From positions 3,182 to 67,181 of the forward strand of contig CANSYW010000010.1 in NCBI GenBank assembly GCA_947651395.1: a stretch of 64,000 nucleotides of DNA, read 5' to 3'. Of this stretch, positions 9,869-19,481 are shown piece by piece. The first letter of the stretch is position 1. Each line of letters begins with the position of its first letter. The stretch comes from an uncultured Pseudoflavonifractor sp. (GTDB lineage Bacteria > Bacillota > Clostridia > Oscillospirales > Oscillospiraceae). Under the pieces are notes generated by a model, which was not told where the DNA came from, did not search any database, and saw only the letters and a program-made list of their open reading frames with translations. Position numbers and translations under genes: made by a program.

Positions 9869-10426
9869 ATGAAAACCGAGATCCATACCCGCCACACTCT
9901 GTCCGTCCTGGTGGAAAACGCCTCCGGCGTCCTCTCCCAGGTCTCCCGCCTCTTCTCCCGGAAAGGCTACAACATTGAGTCCCTGGCCGTGGGCACCACC
10001 GACGATCCCGCCGTGAGCCGTATCACCATCGAGGTCATGGGGGACGACGCCATGATGGAACAGTTGATGAACCAGCTGCGCAAGCAGTTCTCCGTCTACT
10101 CCGTCCAGGAGCTCCTTCCCCAGCGCTCCATCCGCCGTGAGCTGGTGATGTTCAAGGTGAAGGCCGAGACCTCCGACGTGCGCAACGAGATCGTCCAGAT
10201 CGCCAACGTCTTCCGGGCCTCCATCATCGACGTGTCCATCAAATCTCTCACCATCGCCCTCATCGGCGACGAGAGCAAGGCCGAGGCCATGCAGAATCTA
10301 CTGGAGACCTTCGGCATTCTGGAGCTGGTACGCACCGGCATGGTGGCTCTGGAACGGGGCGCCTACACCATCAGCGACGACAACAAGGAGACCACCGAGT
10401 TCAATCTGGGCAAAAGTGTGCTGTAA
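9869..10426 (+). CDS. ilvN: Acetolactate synthase small (ACT) subunit
   Basis: LSVLVENASGVLSQVSRLFSRKGYNIESL; start moved to ATG 9869 after GAGGAGG. Confidence 0.96.
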   Translation: MKTEIHTRHTLSVLVENASGVLSQVSRLFSRKGYNIESLAVGTTDDPAVSRITIEVMGDDAMMEQLMNQLRKQFSVYSVQELLPQRSIRRELVMFKVKAETSDVRNEIVQIANVFRASIIDVSIKSLTIALIGDESKAEAMQNLLETFGILELVRTGMVALERGAYTISDDNKETTEFNLGKSVL

Positions 10427-10516
10427 GAATGTATCACACGTTACATTCTTCTCCCCTTCCCTGTGCCATACTGACAACAAGACAGAAGACCACTTTAAAA
10501 TGAAGGAGTGTTCAAC

Positions 10517-11536
10517 ATGGCAAAAATGTACTACGAAAAGGATTGCGACATTTCCTATCTGGACGGAAAAAAGATCTCCATCATCGGCTACGGCTCCCAG
10601 GGCCATGCCCACGCCCTGAACCTGAAGGACTCGGGCTGCGACGTGTGCGTGGGTCTGCGCCAGGGCTCCAAAAACTGGGCTGAGGCCGAGAAGGCCGGGC
10701 TGAAGGTGAAGACCGTGGCCGAGGCCGCCCAGTGGGGCGATATCGTCATGCTCCTCATCAACGACGAGGTTCAGGCCGACGTCTACAGGAAGGACATCGC
10801 CCCCTACATGACCGAGGGCAAGGCCCTGGCCTTTGCCCACGGCTTCAACATCCGCTACCAGCAGATCGTTCCCCCCGCCGGGGTAGACGTGTTCATGGCC
10901 GCCCCCAAGGGCCCCGGCCATACCGTGCGCTCCACCTATGTCAGCGGCAAGGGCGTCCCCTGCCTGGTGGCGGTGGAGCAAAACGCCACAGGCAACGCCT
11001 ATAAGATCGCCCTGGCTTACATCGCCGGCATCGGCGGCGCCCGGGCCGGCGTCATGGAGACCACCTTCCACGACGAGACCGAGACCGACCTCTTCGGCGA
11101 GCAGACCGTGCTGTGCGGCGGCGTGGTGGATCTGATGCAGTGCGGCTTCGAGACCCTGGTGGAGGCGGGCTACGAGCCGGAGAACGCCTACTTCGAGTGC
11201 ATTCACGAACTCAAGCTCATTGTGGATCTGATCAACAAGGGCGGCGTGGCCGCCATGAACTTCTCCATCTCCGACACCGCCGAGTTCGGCGAGTACGTCT
11301 CCGGCCCCCGGGTCCTGCCCCACGAGGAGGTCAAGGCCAACATGCGCAAGGTGCTCTCCGACATTCAGGACGGCACCTTTGCCGGCAAGTGGATCGCCGA
11401 GAACAAGAATGGCCGCACCTTCTTCAACTCCAAGCGTGCCCAGCTCAAAAAGCACCAGATGGAGATCGTGGGCGAGGAGCTGCGCAAGAACATGATCTGG
11501 GGCGGCGACGCCGACCTGGACACCGCCTCCAACTAA
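10517..11536 (+). CDS. ilvC: Ketol-acid reductoisomerase
   Basis: [38 protein letters not shown]; start ATG 10517 after AAGGAG. Confidence 0.98.
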   Translation: MAKMYYEKDCDISYLDGKKISIIGYGSQGHAHALNLKDSGCDVCVGLRQGSKNWAEAEKAGLKVKTVAEAAQWGDIVMLLINDEVQADVYRKDIAPYMTEGKALAFAHGFNIRYQQIVPPAGVDVFMAAPKGPGHTVRSTYVSGKGVPCLVAVEQNATGNAYKIALAYIAGIGGARAGVMETTFHDETETDLFGEQTVLCGGVVDLMQCGFETLVEAGYEPENAYFECIHELKLIVDLINKGGVAAMNFSISDTAEFGEYVSGPRVLPHEEVKANMRKVLSDIQDGTFAGKWIAENKNGRTFFNSKRAQLKKHQMEIVGEELRKNMIWGGDADLDTASN

Positions 11537-11685
11537 AAGAGGGGCCCCGCAAAGCCGCCCCTCAGGCTTTGTGGGGAGAGGAGCCGCAGCGGAATGAGCG
11601 AGCTTTTGCCGACAGGCGAAAGCGAGGGATATGAAGCTTGTGGCGACGAGGGGCGGCGACGCCGACCTGGACACCGCCTCCAACT
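11499..11685 (+). repeat. 36-bp perfect direct repeats (11499-11534 and 11650-11685) flanking a ~115-bp structured element
   Basis: ggggcggcgacgccgacctggacaccgcctccaact occurs twice; copy 1 is the ilvC 3' end followed by the rest of TAA, copy 2 by the rest of TGA. Confidence 0.92.
11541..11650 (+). mobile_element. Putative non-autonomous structured intergenic element (copy E1)
   Basis: Two-hairpin fold, flanked by a duplication, diverged relative at 40359-40467. Confidence 0.6.
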
Positions 11686-11716
11686 GATCAAAACCAGAAA
11701 AACACGCGCAAATAGG

Positions 11717-11754
11717 GCAGGCCCCGGCGGATCCAGATCCGCCGGGGCTTCTTT
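11717..11754. terminator. Terminator between ilvC and convergent XRE gene
   Basis: gccccggcggatc / gatccgccggggc stem plus T-rich tail. Confidence 0.75.
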
Positions 11755-12500
11755 CATTCGTATTTTTTTGCCGCCGCCATAATGGGGATGAAGAAGCTCA
11801 GAGCAGCTGGAAGGGTCACCCACAACAGCGCACCCGTGGGCAGAAAGGCCCTGGCCGCGGCAAAGAGGGGCGGCCAGACCACCGCCGTGCCCAGCAGCCA
11901 GGCCCTGGCGGCCCGGAGAATATGGGGCCAGTTGCTGTTATTGAAGCGCACCCCGGGGATGTTCATGCGAAAAAAGCCGTCGCTATAATAGTTCAGCTTG
12001 TTCTCATCATAGAAGGCGGGCAGGCGCTCCTTGGCCGCAAAGCAGAAGTAAGCCCCAAAGCCCAGGGCCAGGCCCTCCACCAGCATCAGGTAGTCCCACA
12101 GCTCCAGATCCGTAAGGTGGGCCGTGCCCGCCAGAAGTATGACCTCCATCGCCGCCGCCAGGGCGCATATCACCCAGGCCCGCCGCCAGAAGCGCCGCTT
12201 CTTCCCCTGCTCCTCCTCCGAAAACTGAAGGACCTGGTCGACAAGCTCTTTTGCTTCACAGCTATCCACTGTCTCCTCTGTGAGCCGCTCCCCTTTCAAA
12301 AGCTCGGCCACCGATATGTCCAGCAGCTGGGCCAGCGGGGTCAACAGGCCAATATCCGGAAGGCTTTGCCCTCTCTCCCACTTGCTCACCGCCTTATTGG
12401 ACACAAAGAGCTTATCCGCCAGCTCCTGCTGCGTAAAGCCTTTTTCCTTGCGCATTTCGCTCAGGAAGCGGCCAAACCGCTCCCGGTCAATAGACTCCAT
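11754..12500 (-). CDS. XRE-family HTH regulator with C-terminal transmembrane helices
   Basis: RKEKGFTQQELADKLFVSNKAVSKWERGQSLPDI HTH plus ~4 hydrophobic segments; TTGACG-17-TATGCT promoter at 12552-12524. Confidence 0.9.
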   Translation of the reverse strand: MESIDRERFGRFLSEMRKEKGFTQQELADKLFVSNKAVSKWERGQSLPDIGLLTPLAQLLDISVAELLKGERLTEETVDSCEAKELVDQVLQFSEEEQGKKRRFWRRAWVICALAAAMEVILLAGTAHLTDLELWDYLMLVEGLALGFGAYFCFAAKERLPAFYDENKLNYYSDGFFRMNIPGVRFNNSNWPHILRAARAWLLGTAVVWPPLFAAARAFLPTGALLWVTLPAALSFFIPIMAAAKKYE

Positions 12501-12581
12501 GGCTCTCCCTCCTTTTCCCGTTCAGCATAGCATTTTCCTCCCCTTGCGTCAATCCACTGCCGGTAGAATGGGTTGTTTTCC

Positions 12582-12610
12582 TTGACGCTGGGGCTTTGGA
12601 AGAGTAAAAT
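12582..12610 (+). promoter_or_regulatory. SigA-type promoter of ilvD
   Basis: TTGACG-17-TAAAAT. Confidence 0.75.
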
Positions 12611-12643
12611 AACCTCAACATTTCCTTCGAAGGAGGAGTCCCC

Positions 12644-14305
12644 ATGCGCAGCGATAACGTGACAAAAGGCGCCGAGCGCGCTCCCAACCGATCCCTTTTC
12701 TATGCTCTGGGCTACACCAGGGAGGAGCTGGAACGCCCCCTCATCGGCGTGGTCTGCTCCCAGAACGAGATCGTCCCCGGCCACATGGATCTGGACAAGA
12801 TCGCCCAGGCGGTAAAGGCGGGCATCCGGGCCGCCGGAGGCACCCCGGTGGAATTCCCCGCCATCGCCGTGTGCGACGGTATTGCCATGGGCCATGTGGG
12901 CATGAAATACTCCCTGGTGACCCGGGAGCTCATCGCCGACTCCACCGAGGCCATGGCCATGGCCCATCAGTTTGACGGTCTGGTGATGATCCCCAACTGC
13001 GACAAGAACGTCCCCGGCCTGCTCATGGCCGCCGCCCGTCTGAACATCCCCACCATCTTCTGCTCCGGCGGGCCCATGATGGCGGGCACCATGCGGGATG
13101 GCCGCCGCACCTGCCTCAGTCACATGTTTGAGGCGGTGGGCGCCTACAAGGCGGGCAAGCTCTCCGGCACGGAACTGGAGGAGTACGAGGAGAACGCCTG
13201 TCCCACCTGCGGCTCCTGCTCGGGCATGTATACCGCCAACTCCATGAACTGCCTCACCGAGGGCATCGGCATGGCCCTGCGGGGCAACGGCACCATCCCG
13301 GCGGTCTACTCCGCCCGGCTGCGCCTGGCCAAGCACACCGGCATGCAGATCATGGAGCTGGTGAAAAAGAACATCCGCCCCCGGGATATCATGACCGAGG
13401 CCGCCTTCCACAACGCCGAGGCCCTGGACATGGCGCTGGGCTGTTCCACCAACTCCATGCTCCACCTGCCCGCCATCGCCCACGAGTGCGGCATCGAGCT
13501 GAGCTTCGACATGGCCAACGCCATCTCCTCCAAGACCCCCAACCTCTGCCACCTGGCCCCCGCGGGGGACACCTACATTGAGGATCTGGATCGGGTGGGC
13601 GGCGTATACGCCGTGATGAAGGAGCTGACCCGCAAGGGCCTTCTGGACACCTCCCTCATGACCTGCACCGGCAAGACCGTCGCGGAGAATCTGGAGGGCG
13701 TGGAAAATCTGGATCCCGCCATCATCCGCCCCATCGACGACCCATACTCCCCCTACGGCGGCATCGCCGTGCTCAAGGGCTCCCTGGCTCCCGAGGGTTG
13801 TGTGGTGAAGCAGGCCGCTGTAGACCCGGCCATGATGGTACATACCGGCCCCGCCCGGGTGTTCGACTGTGAGGAGGACGCCATCTCCGCCATCTATGAG
13901 GGGAAGATCGTCGCCGGAGACGTGGTGGTCATCCGCTACGAGGGCCCCAAGGGGGGCCCCGGCATGCGGGAGATGCTCAACCCCACCTCCGCCATCTGCG
14001 GCATGGGTCTGGGTGAGAGCGTGGCCCTCATCACCGACGGGCGCTTCTCCGGCGCCACCCGGGGGGCCTCCATCGGCCACGTCTCCCCCGAGGCGGCCCT
14101 GGGCGGGCCCATCGCCTTCGTGGAGGAGGGGGACGTCATCGCCATTGACATCCCCAACCACACCATTGAGCTGAAGGTCGACCAGGCCACCCTGGCCGCC
14201 CGGAAGGCCAAGTGGGTCTGCCCCGAGCCCCGGATCAAGACCGGCTACCTGGCCCGGTACGCCAAGCAGGTCACCTCCGCCGCCAAGGGCGCGGTGCTGG
14301 AGTAA
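12644..14305 (+). CDS. ilvD: Dihydroxy-acid dehydratase
   Basis: [46 protein letters not shown]. Confidence 0.98.
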   Translation: MRSDNVTKGAERAPNRSLFYALGYTREELERPLIGVVCSQNEIVPGHMDLDKIAQAVKAGIRAAGGTPVEFPAIAVCDGIAMGHVGMKYSLVTRELIADSTEAMAMAHQFDGLVMIPNCDKNVPGLLMAAARLNIPTIFCSGGPMMAGTMRDGRRTCLSHMFEAVGAYKAGKLSGTELEEYEENACPTCGSCSGMYTANSMNCLTEGIGMALRGNGTIPAVYSARLRLAKHTGMQIMELVKKNIRPRDIMTEAAFHNAEALDMALGCSTNSMLHLPAIAHECGIELSFDMANAISSKTPNLCHLAPAGDTYIEDLDRVGGVYAVMKELTRKGLLDTSLMTCTGKTVAENLEGVENLDPAIIRPIDDPYSPYGGIAVLKGSLAPEGCVVKQAAVDPAMMVHTGPARVFDCEEDAISAIYEGKIVAGDVVVIRYEGPKGGPGMREMLNPTSAICGMGLGESVALITDGRFSGATRGASIGHVSPEAALGGPIAFVEEGDVIAIDIPNHTIELKVDQATLAARKAKWVCPEPRIKTGYLARYAKQVTSAAKGAVLE

Positions 14306-14320
14306 GCGCTTCAATCACCA

Positions 14321-14366
14321 AAAACAGACCGCCGCCGAGGGACTCCTCAGCGGCGGTCCGTTTTTT
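14321..14366 (+). terminator. Terminator after ilvD
   Basis: gaccgccgccgagg / cctcagcggcggtc plus T6. Confidence 0.8.
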
Positions 14367-14367
14367 C

Positions 14368-14418
14368 TTGACATATATCGAATATTGATATATTATCATA
14401 ATAGCGATATTCGATATA
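14368..14418 (+). promoter_or_regulatory. Promoter and putative autoregulatory operator of PadR-DUF2812
   Basis: TTGACA-17-TATTAT; perfect 12-bp inverted repeat tatatcgaatat (14374-85) / atattcgatata (14407-18). Confidence 0.75.
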
Positions 14419-14430
14419 GGAGGTGAGAGA

Positions 14431-14754
14431 GTGGCGCGAAAAAAGCTGGAGACCCTGACCGAGCAGATGTACTACGTGCTGCTCTCCCTCTGGGCGGAAC
14501 CCCGGCACGGCTACGGCATCATGCAGTATGTGGACACGCTCACCCGGGGTCGGGTGGCCATCGGGGCGGGCACCCTCTACGCTCTGCTCGCTCGGTTTGA
14601 GGAGGAGAAGCTCATCGTCTTCACCGGCACCCAGGAGGGGCGAAAATACTACGCCCTCTCCGCCGAGGGCCGGCACACCCTACAGGAGGAATACCGCCGT
14701 CTGGGCCGGCAGCTGGCCGACGGCGCCGCACTGTTGAGAGAGGAGGAACCGTGA
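14431..14754 (+). CDS. PadR-family transcriptional regulator
   Basis: LTEQMYYVLLSL, HGYGIMQ, GAGTLY, RKYYALS. Confidence 0.93.
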   Translation: MARKKLETLTEQMYYVLLSLWAEPRHGYGIMQYVDTLTRGRVAIGAGTLYALLARFEEEKLIVFTGTQEGRKYYALSAEGRHTLQEEYRRLGRQLADGAALLREEEP

Positions 14755-16094
14755 TGAGAGATACCCGCTGGAGATACTTTTCCTACCTGAATGTGGACTA
14801 TAAAGCCGCTCAGGATCAGCTCAACGCCTGGGCCCGGGAGGGCTGGGAGCTGGTGGAGGTCATGGGCCCCTTCGTCCGGCTGCGGCGGATCGAGCGGTCC
14901 GACACGCCCACCTATTTCCTGGACTGGAGTGACGCCAAGGATCCCAAGGACTACGCCCAGCTCCTCTCCGACGCCGGGTGGGAGTGGGTAGACCGGGTGA
15001 GCTATCTGAACATCTACGTCTCCAAGCCGGACGCCCACCCCCTCCCCATCCAGACCGATCCTGAGCTGGAATACCAGCGGTTCCGCAAGAAAGCGCTCCG
15101 GTCTATGCTCCTCTCCACTCTGGCAGTGGCCGTCCTTCTGGCCTTTTGCTGGTTCCTCCTGTCCGGGCTCTATGACGCTTCCGACGCCTTCCGGCTGGCC
15201 CAGGAGCGGCTCCTCCCCACCCTTCTCTCCTCCAGCCTGGCCTTCTCCGCCGTCTTTCTTTTCTTCCCCCTGTGGTGCCTTGGCGGGGCGGCCTATTTCC
15301 TCTATCTGTTCCGGCGGCTGAAGGGGTGGCGGGAGGCCGTCCGGGCGGGGCTGGAGCCCCCCGAAGCGGGGGCCGGGGCCCTGAAGGGCTGGGGGCTTCT
15401 CCGGGCCCTTGGCCTGCTCTCCGAGGCCGTCATCGCCCTTCTGCTCTTCCCCGACGCCCTGCTCAACCACTTCCTGAACCTGGGCTGGGCGGTCGGCATT
15501 ATGATCGGATCCCTCATCTGCATCTTTGCCTATGACGACCCCATCCGCCAGCGGCGGGGCAAGCGCGCCCTTCTCATCGCCCCCCTGGCCGCCGCCTGCA
15601 TTCTGCTCAACGGCCCTGTGCGGGAGAGCTTTTCCGGCCGTATCCCGGCCGTCCCCGTCCACAGCGACGCCTATCGGGTCAGTGAGGGCCGGCGCTCCGA
15701 CACCCCGCTGGGCAGCCAAGCCCACTGGAGCGAGAACATAGAGCTCTCCGCCTCCGAGCGGCTGGACTTCTATTTCTCCGCCCAGGCCTGGGCCTTCCCC
15801 ACCCTGGCAGACTGGGCCTTTGGGCCTGTCCCGGAGGAACTGGAGCCCGTGCCGGGGCTGGAGGGAGTCTGGCGGCGGGGCCCGGCGAATGAAGAGGATC
15901 TTCCGGAATATACCGGCGCATCCCACCTGGACGTCTATGAATACGTCATGGAAATGCGCAAGGCCCAGGAGACCACCCGCGGCTTTCTCATCCGCCGGGG
16001 AACGACCCAGGTGACGGTGGAGTGCTACAGGGTCGTCCCGGGCACCACAGATCAAGAAGTCCTGGAGCCCATCCTGGACTGGCTGGAACAATGA
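14751..16094 (+). CDS. DUF2812-like membrane protein
   Basis: LNAWAREGWEL...YFLD...SDAGWE N-terminus typical of DUF2812, TM helices, coupled to PadR. Confidence 0.75.
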   Translation: MMRDTRWRYFSYLNVDYKAAQDQLNAWAREGWELVEVMGPFVRLRRIERSDTPTYFLDWSDAKDPKDYAQLLSDAGWEWVDRVSYLNIYVSKPDAHPLPIQTDPELEYQRFRKKALRSMLLSTLAVAVLLAFCWFLLSGLYDASDAFRLAQERLLPTLLSSSLAFSAVFLFFPLWCLGGAAYFLYLFRRLKGWREAVRAGLEPPEAGAGALKGWGLLRALGLLSEAVIALLLFPDALLNHFLNLGWAVGIMIGSLICIFAYDDPIRQRRGKRALLIAPLAAACILLNGPVRESFSGRIPAVPVHSDAYRVSEGRRSDTPLGSQAHWSENIELSASERLDFYFSAQAWAFPTLADWAFGPVPEELEPVPGLEGVWRRGPANEEDLPEYTGASHLDVYEYVMEMRKAQETTRGFLIRRGTTQVTVECYRVVPGTTDQEVLEPILDWLEQ

Positions 16095-16136
16095 AAAACG
16101 CCCGGCGGTGAAGCGCTCACCGCCGGGCGTTTTTTA
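16094..16136. terminator. Bidirectional terminator
   Basis: aaaaacgcccggcggtga / tcaccgccgggcgtttttt. Confidence 0.85.
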
Positions 16137-16142
16137 TTCTGT

Positions 16143-17057
16143 TCAGAAGGGTTCCGGGCCGCCGGTGCTGTGATAGTCGTAGTCCGGGCCGGCATAGCCG
16201 CCGGCAGGACGGGAGGGCCCGCCGTTCAGGGCGGAAATATAGTTGTAGAAGTTGCCCCGTGTGGTGAGGACATAGGGGGTGAGCCACAGCTGGAGCACCC
16301 CGGAGGCCACAACGCCCACAACGGCAAGTCCAAAGGTCAGGAAAATATTCTGGAGGACCGCCGCCAGCAAAGTCCAGCCGAAGAAGGAGAAATCCAGCAC
16401 AAAGGCCTCACCCTTGTGGCCCTTCAGATACTCCTTACTGCGGCGGATGGCCTGACGGGCGGTACAGGCGGGGTCATCCAGCAGGAAGTAAGCGGACAGG
16501 TAGTAGCGGTAGCTCACCACAACGGCCAGCACCGCCCCACCTACAAAGAGCATCATGTAGAGCAGCAGATAAATTTCCTCGTTTGTCATGATAGCCGCCA
16601 CCATCACCGCCACAGCGGGTACCATGAGGATGGAGGCCCACAGGCCGGTAAACAGGTTGATGAGAATGCTCATCCAGAGCACCCGGCCCACCTTGGCAAA
16701 GCCGTCAAAGAGGTTGGCCACACCGGGGCCCTCGTTCCGGGAAAGGCGCAGGGTGTAGGAAATGAGACCGAATTCCACGATGGTGCAGAAAAGGCCCAGG
16801 ACGAACTGTATCGCTCCGGCAACCGCCACCCGATCCATCTGCTGGACGAAGATATAATCAAAAACCTCCTCCGGGGGATGGCCCTGCTGGAGATAGATCA
16901 GCGCATTGGCCCAGGGCACCCCCACCAGGGTCATCACCAGACGGGTCAGCCCCGTGGTGAGCAGCAGATAGATCAGCATGACTATCATATAGGAGGGCTG
17001 GGCCTGCTTCATGCTCGCTTTGGCCGCAAGCTTGGCCTCAATGCGGTTGAATATCAT
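16143..17057 (-). CDS. DUF975-family integral membrane protein
   Basis: LFDGF, YRY...AIRRSKEYLKGHKGEAFVLDFSFFGW, LWLTPY...FY motifs. Confidence 0.85.
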   Translation of the reverse strand: MIFNRIEAKLAAKASMKQAQPSYMIVMLIYLLLTTGLTRLVMTLVGVPWANALIYLQQGHPPEEVFDYIFVQQMDRVAVAGAIQFVLGLFCTIVEFGLISYTLRLSRNEGPGVANLFDGFAKVGRVLWMSILINLFTGLWASILMVPAVAVMVAAIMTNEEIYLLLYMMLFVGGAVLAVVVSYRYYLSAYFLLDDPACTARQAIRRSKEYLKGHKGEAFVLDFSFFGWTLLAAVLQNIFLTFGLAVVGVVASGVLQLWLTPYVLTTRGNFYNYISALNGGPSRPAGGYAGPDYDYHSTGGPEPF

Positions 17058-17078
17058 CTTATTCTCCCCTTTTCTATG

Positions 17079-18101
17079 TCAGCGTCGGCCGCCGAAGCCG
17101 CCGCCCCGACCGCCGCTAAAACCACCGCCCCGGCTGCCGCCGAAGGAGCCGCCCCTGGAAAATCCGCCCCCACGCGCGCCCCCAAAGGAGCCGCCGCCAT
17201 GGAAGCCCGTGCCCCGGGGCCCTCTGGCCCCCGCGCCGCCAAAGCCGCCGATGGGTCTGCCCCCTCCCCCACCGAAACCGCCGGGCCTTCCGCCGCCGTG
17301 GGGCGGACGGGGCCCTCTGGGGGGCGGAGGAGGCGGGGCGTGCCAGTGGCGGGTATACCAGCCGTAGCGGGGCCCGTGCCAGAAGAAGATGGGCCGGAAC
17401 ACCACGGGCGGGTTGGGCACGCCGTAATAGCGGGCCCGGTAGGCGTTATAGCGGGAGCGGTCGATGGCGGACAGGACAAGGTAGCACATCACCAGGAAGA
17501 TGACCAGATACACCACCCACACCCCGGTGTCGGGATAGAGGGGCGCTTCCACCGCGGAGCCGTTGCCCAGGCCGAAGTTGGCCCGGTAGATGGCGTCCAG
17601 GGTGCTGTAGAAGCTCAGCGTCCCGTACTCCCAGTCATGGCCCTCCAGGCAGGCGGCAAGCTCATCCACCGCCTTGGTGTTCATGATGGTGCCGAAATCG
17701 TCTCCCCAGACAAACCGGTACACATCGGCGTCCTTCACCACCAGGAGAAGGGCGTCGCCCTCCCCCAGGCCGTAGGCCGCCGCCAGATCGTAGGCGTACT
17801 CCTCCGGATCGCCGGAGACAGAGTCCTCGCTGATGAAGGCCACGATGCTGTTGTACCGCGCATCCCAGTTGGCGTTATAGAGGGCCAGCTCCTTTTCCGT
17901 ACTGCCGTTGGAGAGCACGTCCGCCTTGTCGTAGATGAACTGCTCGTAATAGGTGGTGTCCAGGCTGGTATCCAGCCCGGTGGACTGCTCCAGGCTGACG
18001 CCCCCGGAGGGCTTCCGGGCCTGGCCTAAGAGCAGGGCGGCGGCAATGGCGATGATCAGCACCACCCAGCCTATCATGTAGGACTTATTGTTTTTCTTCA
18101 T
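17079..18101 (-). CDS. TPM-domain membrane protein with Pro/Gly/Arg-rich cytoplasmic tail
   Basis: IYDKADVLS...DALLLVVK TPM-like domain between two TM segments; GGFGGG/RGG tail; start ATG 18101. Confidence 0.75.
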   Translation of the reverse strand: MKKNNKSYMIGWVVLIIAIAAALLLGQARKPSGGVSLEQSTGLDTSLDTTYYEQFIYDKADVLSNGSTEKELALYNANWDARYNSIVAFISEDSVSGDPEEYAYDLAAAYGLGEGDALLLVVKDADVYRFVWGDDFGTIMNTKAVDELAACLEGHDWEYGTLSFYSTLDAIYRANFGLGNGSAVEAPLYPDTGVWVVYLVIFLVMCYLVLSAIDRSRYNAYRARYYGVPNPPVVFRPIFFWHGPRYGWYTRHWHAPPPPPPRGPRPPHGGGRPGGFGGGGGRPIGGFGGAGARGPRGTGFHGGGSFGGARGGGFSRGGSFGGSRGGGFSGGRGGGFGGRR

Positions 18102-18200
18102 GGAAGGTTCCTTTCCCCGTCCGGCATGGAACATGCTTTATGTGGGGCCCGACGACCCTTGAGGGCCCCACAGGAATACACGAAGAGCCCGGAAAAGGCT

Positions 18201-19391
18201 TTAGCCCCGCAGCTCCAGCAGCTTCTGCTTCAGCTCGCCCTCGATCCGGCCCAGCTCGGCCTCGGCCTCCTTGCGCTTCTGCGCTCCCTCGGTCTGGATC
18301 TTCACCATCTCGTCCAGGGTGGAGATCAGCTGCTGGTTGGTGTGCTGAAGGGTCTCGATGCTCACCACGCTCTTCTCCGCCTCCCGGGCGGTCTCAATGG
18401 TGCCCATCTTCAGGGCGTCGGCGTTCTTCTGCAGCAGGTCATTGGTCATCTTGGTCACCGCGGACTGGGCCTCGGTGGCCTGGCGGGAGTTCTCCATCCC
18501 CAGGGCCAGCACCATCTGGGACTTCCACAGGGGGATGGTGTTCACCAGAGAGGACTGGATCTTCTCCAGCATGAGGGCGTCGTTGTTCTGAATGAGCCGC
18601 ACCTGGGGGCCCATCTGAATGGACACCATCCGGGTCAGCTCCAGGTCATGGAGCTTCTTTTCAAAGCGGTTACACATATTGGCCAGGTCGTTGTAGGCCT
18701 GGGCGTCCTCCTGGGCGCCGCTGCTCTGAGCCTTCTGGCGCAGCTGCTCCAGCTCCCCGGTACGGGTGGCCTCCAGCTTCCTCTTCCCCGCCAGGATATA
18801 CATGGTGAGCTCCTTATAGTACTTGGTGTTGAGCTCATACATCTGATCCAGCATGGCCACGTCCTTCATCAGGGTCACCTGGTGGCCCTCCAGAACGCCG
18901 ATGATCTTGTTTACGTTGGTCTCCGCCTTGGAGTACTGGGCCTTCATGGCGGCGATGTCGTTTTTCTTCTTCTGGAAGAAGCCGAACACGCCCTTCTTCT
19001 CCTCCTGGCCGAAGTTTTGCAGCTCGCCCACCAGGCCGGCCAGAGCGTCGCCCACCTCTCCCAGATCCTTGGTGCGGACCTTGGAAAGGGCGCTCTCAGA
19101 GAAGCCGGCGATGTTCTTCTGGGCGGCGGCGCCGTACTGGAGCACCAGGTTGGAGTCCCGGATGTCGATCTTCTCGGAGAAGTCGGAGACCATCTTTTGC
19201 TCCGCCTCGGAGAGCATGGACTCGTCCAGCTTCACCGCCTTGGCGTCCCGGGCGGCCTGGTCGGCCTCAGTCACCGCCTTTTCGGCGGCCATGGGATCCA
19301 GGGTAAGCTCCGTAGCGGGAGCCGCCGCCACAGCGGCGTCGGTATTGGGGGTCAGGGTCAGTTCGGGGGTCATATCCAGTTCGTTGCTCAT
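18201..19391 (-). CDS. telA: Toxic anion resistance protein (TelA/YaaN family)
   Basis: LQYGAAAQ, RFEKKLHDLELTR, QVRLIQNND, NTIPLWKSQMVLAL. Confidence 0.93.
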   Translation of the reverse strand: MSNELDMTPELTLTPNTDAAVAAAPATELTLDPMAAEKAVTEADQAARDAKAVKLDESMLSEAEQKMVSDFSEKIDIRDSNLVLQYGAAAQKNIAGFSESALSKVRTKDLGEVGDALAGLVGELQNFGQEEKKGVFGFFQKKKNDIAAMKAQYSKAETNVNKIIGVLEGHQVTLMKDVAMLDQMYELNTKYYKELTMYILAGKRKLEATRTGELEQLRQKAQSSGAQEDAQAYNDLANMCNRFEKKLHDLELTRMVSIQMGPQVRLIQNNDALMLEKIQSSLVNTIPLWKSQMVLALGMENSRQATEAQSAVTKMTNDLLQKNADALKMGTIETAREAEKSVVSIETLQHTNQQLISTLDEMVKIQTEGAQKRKEAEAELGRIEGELKQKLLELRG

Positions 19392-19481
19392 AGCTTCTCT
19401 TCCTTTCCTCGGTTCGCTGTTTGATTGAATAGCGGACGGCTGACGCCGCCCCTATATGGACGATGTTGGGATCGGGGCGGG

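Noticed and set aside
11499-11685. 36-bp direct repeats as a mini-CRISPR
   Set aside because: Only two copies, the repeat is ilvC coding sequence, and the intervening 115 bp is too long for a spacer and is itself a repeated element.
8125-14314. Long antisense ORFs (8125-9807, 10298-11683, 12461-14314; likewise 58139-60793, 55644-58160, 60920-63571, 16170-18029)
   Set aside because: Shadow frames opposite well-recognised genes; expected from high GC3 codon bias, with no motifs or RBS.
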